A stretch of 38,379 nt of DNA from a bacterium (GTDB lineage: Bacteria; Bacillota_I; Bacilli_A; RF39; UBA660). This document shows positions 22,001-33,455 of the stretch, in pieces. Where the stretch lies: assembly GCA_963645885.1 (NCBI GenBank), contig CAVIUL010000001.1, forward strand, positions 22,265-60,643. The letters are read 5' to 3'. The notes beneath the pieces are model-generated. The model was not told the DNA's origin and ran no database searches. It saw only the letters and a list, made by a program, of their open reading frames with translations. A program made the translations under genes and the position numbers. The stretch's first letter is position 1. Every line of letters starts with the position of its first letter.

Positions 22001-22480
22001 GATAATTTTGGAGTAGCTAATTTTAAAATAAGAGTTAATGATGTTGAATATTTATCAAGTTATAATAAATCTACTGGGACTATTAGAATGACACCTCCTG
22101 GAGAATATCATGAAAATGCAGCAACTGCAGTTAAATTATCTATTACAGAACAAAACTTTAACGAGTATATTGCTGATGGTAAAGAAGCTCTTTTTGAATG
22201 GATTGATGAAAACGGATAGTATTACGATTGGGAGATAGAAGACCTTTTTAACTCAACATCACTTGAGGAAATGCAAGAAGTTATTAGTCAAATGACTAAA
22301 TTAGACGATGATGCATTCTTAGATTTAGAAAAATATACAGAAAGTGATGAGTTTAAACAACTTGATGATAGAAAGAAATAGATTGTAAAAGAAATAAACG
22401 AATTAGAACGAGCTATTCGAGATAGAAATTATGATGAAAATCAAGAAACTTGTAAAATTGATATAACTTTTAAAGTATGA
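13049..22480 (+). CDS. Giant protein (3,143 aa) with N-terminal hydrophobic/TM-like segments and an internal SF1 (RecD/Dda/Pif1-like) helicase domain
   Basis: The ATG at 13049 lies 2 nt after the upstream TAA. Frame 2 is open for 9.4 kb to TGA at 22478-22480. I checked every gap between track ORFs and found 52 in-frame TAGs and no TAA or TGA. The hydrophobic run is LALVGSMFIPYVGPWIAGLSVATQLAGLGATLG (about 13850-13950). Confidence 0.85.
17456..18493 (+). other. SF1 helicase core motifs inside the 3,143-aa protein
   Basis: Motifs read in order: Walker A GIAGSGKT (17456-17479); Walker B/motif II LIIIDEIS; motif III VLVAGDFDQSG; motif V-like GGSAQGLESRYYVI; motif VI YTGITRA (TGITRA at 18476-18493). 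They are collinear across 5 TAG-separated ORF fragments. Confidence 0.7.
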
Positions 22481-25400
22481 ATAAATGTGAATTAAATAAT
22501 TCATCATTACTTTAGATTAAAGATTTAACAGCCCAACTTCTTAAACGTGGAGTGAAAGAACGTTGGGATGTTAACTCTTTAAAATCTAATTTTAATGAAT
22601 TTATCAAATAGGTATTAGACACCTATAAAATGTCTAATAATGATGATATAAAATTAGTTGCAGACATTATGTATACTCAAATACCTAGAGCTAAAAGAAT
22701 AGTAGCTTTAGATCCTGAGTATTTATCTATGAATAATGTAATTAACTTATTAGATGAAGCTGTATAGGGTGTTGAAAAAATAGATACCAAATCTGCAAGC
22801 ATAGAAAAAATAGAAGAAGGTCCTCAAAATAGATTACAAGCTTCAGACATCTTTTTAGATAAAGCTTATGGAGGAGCTGTTAATGTACGAAACATTTTCT
22901 GTAAACAAATAGATCAAAATTTATTTGATTGCATGTTTATTAATAGAGGATCTATCAATACTAAATTAGGAATTGTAGGAAAAACATGTGATTTAAATAA
23001 TAACATTAGAGAATATCAAGACTTTTTGTTGCAAAAAATCGTCGAGTATCTAAATACAGATGTATTAGATATGAGAGTTCAAGGAGAAGTAAAAAATATT
23101 CTTACAAATCCTAGAATGTATAATAGAGGGAAATATACTAAAGCTTTAGATATTTTATCCCCTTATATTAATACCTATTTAAAATCTTTAGAAGGACAAA
23201 CTGATCAATTACGTCAACTGTTTAAAAATAGATTAAAAGATCCAAAATCTAAAAGAAGACTTGATGCATTTAATGCAATGGTCATTCTAAATAATTTTGA
23301 TAGTTATGTTTCTAATATGCTAGGCAAAGCTATTCAAATAAAAGACTTTGGATTATTTACAGGAGAAGATAAATATCAAATTTCTGACTAGACTGCTAAT
23401 GTATATACAACTTGGAGAACTTCAGAAAATATTAATATTGCAAATGAAGCAGATGCTATTACAAAATTAGCAGTAAATACAACTCCTTTGTTAAATTGGA
23501 ATAACGATACTCCGTCAGATGGAAAATATTTAAAATTCCAAGATTTTCAACATATTATTTCTAAAATAAAAGATTTAACATATAATCCAGCAGCTTCTTC
23601 TATAATTTTTGATGATAATTTTGAATTAAGTCGCTCTGATATTTGGGATAGTTTATCAAAAGAAACTTAGGAATATTTAAAAGGTAAATCTCTTAGAGCT
23701 GCTATTAGTTTGGTTAGAAGTAATCCTAGAGCTTATCTTCATTCAGTTTTTGAAATCTTAAGTAATAATAAATTTAAAAAATTAAATCCTCAATTATATT
23801 CTAAGTTCTATAATGATGAATTAAATAAATTATATTCTATTTCACAAGGATTATTTAATGGAAATTATAGTTTAAGGACCTTAACTGATGTTAAAAGTCC
23901 TAATGATTTTTATTCTTATTTAACTTAGACAGCTGATTCTATATTTAATGTATAGTATTTACAATACTATAGAGATGATAATGGGTTAATAAAAAGTCGT
24001 ACCTTATTAGACCAAGGTGTAAATAATGTAAGAAGATCTATTGAACAAGCTATAAACCTAACAAATAGTTATAGGTTAATCGGCGATTGGAAGAAATATT
24101 CTGAACCTTTTAATTTTTAGGAAAAATATAATAAAGATAATTCTGCATTAACTGAATTATCTTTTAATATTCCAAACACTGATTTTAGAGCTACTGTAGA
24201 TTCTACTGGTAAGGTAAGAATAACTAAAAACGGTTTCGGAATTAACTATTCTGAAAGTTATGAAGAATTAAAGCCTTTTATAGATAATATTCTAAAATTA
24301 AATTTAGAAGAAGATACCGTTTTTGAAGAAGCTATATTTGAAGAATTAGGAGATTCTACAGTTTAGGATTTGTCTGCATTTGCAACAAGAGTTATTTTTA
24401 ATTAGTATGTTAATTAGAAATTTTTATTAGATGTATCCCCATAGAATAGAGATATTATTTTATCTTCTATTTATGGAAAGACTATTCCTAATTGGAATTA
24501 TGCAATTGATGAATTAGGATTGATTCATAAATCAGATTTATCAATATTACATAAAATATCTGTTGCTAAAAGTAATGTGCAAGGTTTAATGACATCTACT
24601 CAAGTAAAAGATTCTCAAGGAAAAGCATAGAGTAGACAAACTTTAAGTAGATTATTAGGTTCTTTTAATTCTCAATATGAATTATAGGAAAGATTACCAG
24701 ATTCAATATCAAATCATTTTATGATATTGAATACACCTGGATTATTTGAAGGAGTCTATACAGTAAAAGAATTTGCTGGTGAAAATGTAGATTCCAAAGA
24801 AACTACAAGTATGACAGTACGAGAAATGGCATTATCTCAATTTATGTATGATTATATAGGAGGAATAATGCCGCAAGATGAGAATAATTTAGTTGGTAAT
24901 GGACATATTATGTTATTACCTTCTGTAAACTCTGATAAAAGTACTATAGGAAGAATTAAAATTAATCTAAATTCTAAAATTAATATTAATGGAGAATAGA
25001 AAGCTCTAAAAGATTTAACAACTATTGAATTAGAACAAGTAATAGATAAAGAATTTGGAGATTTCTATGAAAAAATGGTATTTAAAATCCAAAAAGATTG
25101 GAGAACTTTATAGGATTTTATAGGACCTAATCTTGGTATGCCTAGATTAGATTTAGATTTTTTAAATAATTTTTCTGAGTTTAATACTTGGTATGCTAAT
25201 AATAGAAAAGAAAGCGATCCAAAAAGAGTAGATGACTTTATTAAAAAGAAAGTTTTAGAATATAATAAAGTTCATAGACTTTCTCCTTTAGAATTAATAG
25301 ATCAAGTTCATTTCAAATCTAATAAAAATGGAAACCTTTCTATAAACGAAGCAATACTTGCACAAATAGCTCGGTTTAAACCATCATCTTCTATATTTAA

Positions 25401-28400
25401 TAATAATCAACTTCTATTATACAGATACCGTAAAAAAGAAGATTTTTGGATTGAAAAAAAGTCAGAAGTATTGAAAAGTTTGCTTTCTAGTAAGACTAAT
25501 TTCAATACAAGTAATACTGTATAGGCTGAATGTAATTATTTACGAGATTGGAATAGAAAACAGGTATCTTCTGGAAACCCTAATTGGATTAATTCTTCAG
25601 GAAACTTAATTCTCGCTAAAATTATTATTAATCAAGATACACCAGATGAGCGTATAGTTGATATAACTTCACAAAAAGACTTTGTAAAATTAGGAATTTC
25701 AAATTATCATGAGTTTATTACAAGTCACGCAGCTGATATTCAATTAAATCCTTTAATTGAAAAATATAATGCACTTGATTATTTATTTACTCAAGAGTTT
25801 ATGAATACCACAGTAGGCTCTTTTGTAGCCCATCCTAATAAAACAGGGTCACAAGATGTTATTGAACAAGAAGCTGGACATTTCCAAGCTCAGCATAAGC
25901 GTAATGTATCTATGACTGCAGCAATGCATGAATTTTAGCTTAATTTGTTATCAGGAATTCCCGAAACTTATAATTTAGCTGTAATTGATGATATTCATGA
26001 TGAACAAGGCACAATTACAGGGTTAATAAATGGAATCAAACCTTTTGATGGTGCTACATTTGTAAATCCCTTTGTTGTTCTTCTCGAAAATTATTCTTTA
26101 TGTGGAGCTAAAGCTGGTATTAGTAAAAAATAGTTTGTTCATTTTAAAAACGAAAAAACTGGTACAGGTGGTATCATTAAAACTGCAGGATTTGGATTAA
26201 CTAATGATTGGATTAGAAATTCTCCGTTTTTACAAAAAATGATGAGAAAAATGACAAACCATGTTTGGCTTAATGAAGATGGATCTTCTGCACATGTAGA
26301 TATTACCAAAGATTATTCAGGAAACAAAATAGAATATAAAAATATTTATTATAAATAGAATGGAAAGTATTATAGAATTACCGATATAACTTATAATGGA
26401 AATAATACATATACTTATAATTTATAGGAAGTTGATGCAAAAGGTAATTTTATACAATATATGAAACCGTCTCAAGGTAGAAGATTTGTTTCAGAATAGA
26501 TTGATACTAATTATAAATTATGGAATTTCTTTGGTGGTGCGTGGTCTATGGAATTAAAAAATGGAAAACTAGTTCCGTCTAATACATCTGTAGAAAACGT
26601 AGTTACTGCAATGAACAATACTAAATCTGAAGAAACTGTATTAAACAAAACACCTAAAACTCAATCAGATTTATGGCAGCCTCTTAAAATGGTTGATGTT
26701 CATTATCTTGCAACAGCGGGTGCTGTAAAACAAGGTGCTGCTAATATTAATTCATCAAGCAAATATACAGATGAAGAAGATTATGATATTTAGAAAATTC
26801 ATATGTATCAAGCAGGAATCCAGCTTGATAAAGAACATCATGCTGATGAAGCAGAACTTTCTTTAATGACTCAGGTTATATCTGCTTGTGCCGCAAAAGG
26901 ATATACATTTGAAGCCGCAGCAACACTTTATGATGCTTTAGCAAAAGCAACTAGATCTAAAACCTCAGATCATTTAAAAGCTGTAGAAAATTTATTTAAC
27001 GCAGATACTCCTGAAAATAAAGCAGCTCTTAGAGAGGTTTTAGTAAAATCTATCGTAAAAGTATTATCTACAAGTAATAGTAATAATTTTGCTGTAAAAT
27101 TGTCAAAAGAATTAGAGCAACAAGCAAAAAATGGAAAAGAAATAAAATATTCTGAACAATTATTGCCACTTTCTGATAATAATATTCACGCAAAAGTTCT
27201 AAGTGCTATAACTTCATATTTATCAAAAACTGGTATTAAACAAAAAATTCCAGGTGTATTATCAGTGCTTACACCTTCTTATAATATAAATAAGATATAT
27301 GCTGGTAAAAAGTATGAAGCTTATGAAAATCCAGATGAAGAACTAGAACAAATACAAACAAAATAGGTACCTGTTTATGATAGCAGTTTTAAATATCGTA
27401 AAGGATCTAATAGTTTCAGAGGTTTAACTTTAAATTTTGTTGAACCTAATAGTTTAATTTCTGAAATAGATGGATAGCCCGTAGCTGCTAGAAATAATGG
27501 AGATGGAATTGTTTCTCTAGATGAAGCTTTACTTAAATAGAAATTTGAAGATAGAGCTTGGAAATACTCTAGAAATTCAAGAGCTCTTGATTAGGATTTT
27601 GAAACTTATGAAGATTGGCTTAACTTTGTATTACTTCATGAATCAATGCATGATGAATATAAAAAAGAGGAAGGAGAATCTTAGTTTGATTATGAGTCTC
27701 GCGTTAATGACGAAGCATTAAAACGTCTAAATAGTTCTATTAACAATATTGAACTTGGTAGAGAATATTATATTACTGAAAATGTTCAAATTGATCGTGA
27801 GATGATGGATGAAGCTGGAAATATTATAACAGTTTCTGAAATACAAGCAATAACTGGTAAACCTAGATTAATAAGAACTCCTCTTGAATATTATCAATTA
27901 AAATAGGATATTGCTACAGGAAAAGTTTCAAAAGTTGTTGAATGTGTAAAAAACGGTAGAGACCTTGCAGGTTTTAATGTACGATTCAAAACTGATAAAG
28001 GATATTTTTAGTTATGGGATTTAGATTCTTCTCACTGTTTATTTAATTTGAATGAAATATCTGAAGGTCTTAAAAAAGGGAAATTAACTCAAGAAGAAGC
28101 AATTGAGGAGCTTCGAAAAACATTCTAGAGATTCTATCCAAGATTTAATGAGTTAGGAATAAATATAACTTTTGATAATTTTCCAAATTTATTTAAACAA
28201 TTAAAAAGATATTCACATAAAAAATTACAACAAGATTTAGCTAATTTATCAAAAGAAGAGCCTAATGTTTTAGAATAGTTTTAGAAATTAGTTAAATCTA
28301 AGCAAGATACTCCAGAATGGTATTCTCGATTTGCATCTTGGATAAATGTTAAACTTGGATTAAGAAATGGTGAATACATACAATTGGGAAATGGAACTAA

Positions 28401-31400
28401 AGTAAAAGTTACTAGGGATAATTATAATCAAGTGGGAGCTTATGTATTATAGTTATTCAAAGATATGTCAAAAGTTAGAATTAATGGAGAACTTCATAAA
28501 ATTGATAAAGAATCTATTAAAACATAGCCTTATGAAGTAATAATGCCTAAAACTTTTGCTACAGCTTTCGGATTAAATGAATTTGATTCATTAGAAGAAA
28601 TTGCAAAAGATCCAGAATTCTTCTTAAAACAATATATTAAAAATCAAGCTTCTAAAGTAGCTTAGAATTAGTATTCTGTTGAATTTAAAAGGTCTACAGG
28701 ATAGCATATATATGTACTAAACAAATCTCAAGTACCTGGTTCAGGATTACATAAATTAGAAGGAGTTTTAACTGAAGTTGAAGATGGAGTTACTACAAGA
28801 TTAGATTCAATGAATCAACCTATGTATGAACTTTCTCCTGATTCTGAAATTTACATAGATGATTAGGGAAATGAAGTAATTGTAAGTGATGATATTGAAT
28901 TTTATACCAATTCATTATTTTATGATTCTATAAAAATTTCAGAGAATTTAAGAAATAATTCATAGGTATTAAGATCCCTTCCTGAAATATTTAGAAATTC
29001 TTCAAACAAAACAGCTAATGCGTTTGGGAAATTTTTAAGGTCTTATGGAGATTCTAATATAATTATGGGAAGTGATGATTGGAATGATATAGACCAAAAT
29101 CACCCTATAGTAAAATTAATGCATGAAAAACATTCTTCTTTCTTAAGAGCATTAGATATTGTTGCTGCTCGTATTCCTGCACAATCTATGCAATCATACA
29201 TGCCTATGAAAGTTGTAGCTTTTGATAACCCAAATATTAATACTGCATATGTATCTACATATCAAATTTTACTTCAAGGTTCCGACTATGATATAGATGC
29301 AGTTTCTTTAGCTACTTTTGACATAGACTCTAATGGAATGTATTAGCTTTGGTCTCCATATGCTAATATTTCAGATATTGAAAAATTACATGCTTCAGAA
29401 CTACTACCAATTCCAACAGGTTTAGAAACAGAAATTAAGAGTACAAACGATATAGCAGAAGCAATTAAGATTTTTGATGAATATCAAGATTTAATATCTA
29501 TTACTCCTAGACAAACTTACAATAAAGAGTCTAAACTTCCAGAAATTGATCCAAATAAAGTAAATGTAGATTTAAATTTGGATACAGCTGAACAAATAAA
29601 GATGTTAGGTGATTTATTAAATGAATAGTTATTGTCAATAGATCCTGTGTATGCTCCGCAATTTATTAAAAAATTTAATAAATTAGGAGGATTTTAGGTA
29701 TCTAATATAGAACAAATTAATGACATTTTATCTCAATTAAAATCAATCATAGATAAACATAATTTTTATTTTGATAAAGTTTCTGAGAAGAAACTCAATC
29801 ATATCATTAATAATAGAACTATACTTTCTATGTATAATAGTATTAATAATCCTGTTAATTTAACTTAGGCTCATATGTCAGTGGATAATACAACAGGCCC
29901 ATTAAAAGATGTTGCTGAAAATGGATCTCCTGAAATTATATATGAATCAAAACATAGAACTCCTGGAAATTTTGTTAATAAATGTGAAAGTATTAATGAA
30001 AACCAAGTTGGTAAAACAGGTATTGCTATTTGTGCTACTGGATTAAAAGGATTTTTTGCATTAACTCAATATAATAACTATTTATTAAACAAAGGAACTT
30101 CAGAAGAATAGAACAAACTTCTATTTAATGTATCAATAGGTAATAATATATATAGAACTTTAGCAAATATAAGAGCTTTAGATCCCAATACCATTACTAA
30201 TAACACAGTGTTAAAATGTTTAGCTCAAACAGATAATGATGAAGATGCTGCACTGGTTTTATCTGCATTACTATCATTAGCTACTGATAATGCCAAAGAA
30301 TTAGCTCTTTCTAAATTAAATGCAGGAACTAAAACATTAGGTATGTATGTTTATGGAATAGCTATAGGTATGGACTTTAAGGATATTGCCAGACTCCTTA
30401 TGTCAAAAACAGGTAAAACTATAGTAGATATTTCTGAAAGTGATGTATTTGATCAAACAGACGGATATATTACTATAAAATCCGCTTTTGGATATTTCGA
30501 ATAGTTACCTAATAAATATTTAAATAAATATAATATTAGAAAAAATCCAAATGGAACTTCAATAAAATCCCCATTAGAATTTTTTGAAGATTAGATAAGA
30601 AAATTACCTGATGATTTTTATTTTGAAGATGATGGTCGAGAAATGCCATTAAATGTAGTTCTAAGTAATTTTGCTAAAAGAAATTGGGATTTATCGGATA
30701 AATTATAGATATTAGAATCATTAAGAAATAGATACAATACATCTGCTTATGGATCAGAAGTTTATGAGCAATTAATAGACTTTTTAGAAGATTATGTTAT
30801 TGGATCTTTTGAAGTTAATGAAGACTATGAAACATATCAATAGTTAAAAACATTAGCTGAAGGAGCAGATGAAATGAAGACATTAGGTCAAATATTAGGT
30901 TTAAATGGAGGAATTGCTACTGACTATGAAGGATTAACTAAACAAATAGATAGAATTGAAGAAGTTATTTATAAACAGTCTCATGATTTAGAGGATATTA
31001 TAGATTTATCTAAATTTGTTTTTGATTCTGAATATCGTCAGGAATGTATTGAAAAATACGAGACATTTAAACATACATTTAATATTCTTGACTGTTTAGC
31101 TAAAGTTCCACATTTTTTTGAATATGTAAAATAGCTTGCAGTTGCTCAAGAAGAGATAAAACAATCCTATAAATATAGAAGTGTTAAAAGTTTAGCTCGC
31201 AATGTAAGTGATGTAATTGGGTGGAGTAACAAAGGAAAAATTTCTAAAGGATTACAAAATTATATAGGTGACAAAATCAGAAATGACTGGATGCTTGATA
31301 GTGAAATAATAATGGATATGCCTTCTGGAATTAAAGCATTTGACAGAAATGGTGATAGTGATACTTTAACTGAAAGTAAACCTATAAGATTAGGAACTGA

Positions 31401-32409
31401 TTGGGGTAATGCTACATTTAGAATATTTATGGAAACTCAAGTTATTCCTGATTTAAAAAAAGGTATTATTCGTCCAGGAACTAGTGTAGGATCCATTAAA
31501 ACTAATAAGTTTATAAAGGATTTAACCCCTGACTTATTTACTAAAACAGTATCTTCTAATCCTACTATATTATATACTTTACCTATTAATATGTTACCTA
31601 GAACAGATGTTGAATAGTCTTTACTAGATTCTTATATTGGTGAGTTTAATGAATTAGCAGGATATACATACGATTATAATGTTATTAAACGAGATGTTGA
31701 TGGAAATGAACAAATTATACAACAATCAATTCCTATTAAAGATTTGTTTATTTACTATTCAATGATAGCACATAATTGGAAATTAGGAGAAAATTCATTA
31801 GTTCCTATTTTAGAAAATTTTTAGGATACTGGTTTAATTGATGCATTTCATAAATATGAGGCATCTTTAGATAATAGTGGGGAAACTCTTACTGAATACA
31901 ACATAAATGAAATTCTTCCATACGTTGTTCCAAGAATGAGTCCTTATTCTGCTTACACAAAATATATAAAAGCGAAAAATCCTTCTAGTAAAAAGATTGA
32001 AATAATGAAAAGAACAGTATCTGATACACAAACTGATAATAATGAGATGTATGAAGGAAATGAAATGTATGAGGATATTATATATGGAATGATTGATTCT
32101 AATAAAATAGGCAATTATGAATTTATACAAAACAATCTTGATACTAATTATTTCACATCTGGTATAATAGGAAGTACAGATAAAATTATAAAATCTGAAA
32201 TTATAGATAATAAGGGTGAATCCTTACAATTAGAAATACAGTATGATTCTGAAAATGATAGTATTAAACGAGTTGCTGTTGATAATGTTATGTATGATAT
32301 TAAAACATTATCTCATGCTCTATTTACTAAAATAGACGGAAGAAAAGTTCCAAATCTATCATTGATGAAAAGTATAATTAAAAATGAATTATATCCATGT
32401 CATGTATAA
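22477..32409 (+). CDS. Giant protein (3,310 aa): putative virion-packaged two-barrel RNA polymerase (crAss-like vRNAP)
   Basis: The ATG at 22477 overlaps the upstream TGA (ATGA). Frame 1 is open for 9.9 kb to TAA at 32407-32409. I checked all gaps and found 52 in-frame TAGs. It contains a beta-prime-like DPBB segment, AARIPAQSMQSYMPMKVVAF...LLQGSDYDIDAVSL. Confidence 0.85.
29284..29298 (+). other. DxDxD (DYDID) candidate catalytic metal-binding motif of the RNAP
   Basis: The codons gac tat gat ata gat give D-Y-D-I-D. The upstream R-x-P...hydrophobic strand resembles bacterial beta-prime (RAPTLHRLGIQAF...NADFDGDQMAVH) and the DxDxD motif reported for giant crAss-like phage proteins. Confidence 0.65.
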
Positions 32410-33455
32410 ATAAAAAATCTCCTGAGTACTAGGCTTTGAAAAATAAGTCTGGTATTCAGGAATTTATACTAGAAGCTATATGTAGAGATTTTGTTGATGA
32501 ACATCAGAGATTTCCGTATCTTGATGAACTTTCAGATGTTAATTCTGAACTTCATTTGAAAAAACGATTATCTATTAATTCTTATGGAACCTCTAATATT
32601 AGTACTATTTTAGAAAAAAGTAATGCTTCTGATTTAGAAGAAGCAGCAATCAATTTAAATAATGAATACAGAGATTTAGAAATAGATATTACTCCTATTC
32701 AAGAAACTGCTTTTATAGATATAGAACATAGACCTACAGATTCTAACTTCGAAACAAATCCAGTAACAGTGGATGAACATCCAAATAATTATGATATTTT
32801 TAATAATGCATTAATAAAATTAGCATCATTATATGGAATAAAATTTAATGCAATAACTAATGCTGAGTTAAATTCTGAAACTTGGAATAATGTTCCAGGA
32901 GTAATGGATGCTAATGCATTTATATTTAATGGAGAAATTTATATAAATTTAGATAAAAGTTCAGTAGATGCTCCTTTACATGAATTAATGCATTTATTAA
33001 TTGGGTCTATGAGATTTTCTGATCCTAATATTTATTAGCAATTAGTGGCATCTGTTGAAAATATTCCAGATTTTCAAAAACTAGCCCAAAATTATCAAGG
33101 AAGAACAGCAAATGATATAAAAGAAGAAATTTTTGTTACTGAAGTTGCAAAACATTTAACAGGTCAATCTTCTTTTATAGATAATTTAGATGCTAATATT
33201 CGTTATGAAATACTATATAATACAAGAAGATTATTAGACTCTATATTAATGGGACAAGATAGTGTAAGAACAATCTCTCCTAAAAGATTGTTTACAATGT
33301 CATTAAAAAATCTTACTAAAGAAGTTAATTCTGTAATAATGTCTAATAATTTTAAAGGGTATGTAAATTCTGAAGATTCTGAGTTACATAGAAGACTTAA
33401 TAATATTAAATCAGATTTATTAAAAAATAATCAACTAGAAGAATATTGTGAATAA
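32397..33455 (+). CDS. HExxH protein, putative zincin-like metallopeptidase (352 aa from ATG 32397; 339 aa if the TTG at 32436 is used)
   Basis: Frame 3 is open to TAA at 33453-33455. The ATG at 32397 overlaps the upstream gene by 13 nt and needs read-through of the TAG at 32430. A second in-frame TAG lies at 33036. The motif VDAPLHELMHLLIGS has HELMH at 32979-32993. Confidence 0.7.

Noticed and set aside
11143-22480. Possible TGA recoding in addition to TAG.
   Set aside because: TGA appears in frame only twice (11143-11145 and 22478-22480). Both times it is exactly where the frame changes and an overlapping ATG (ATGA) starts the next gene. TGA therefore behaves as a genuine stop.
32436-32438. 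TTG start at 32436 for the HExxH gene, as implied by the ORF track.
   Set aside because: This is not excluded, but once TAG is sense the frame stays open upstream to an ATG at 32397. That ATG overlaps the preceding gene by 13 nt, as at the 7024 junction. I report 32397 as the start, with the TTG as the alternative.
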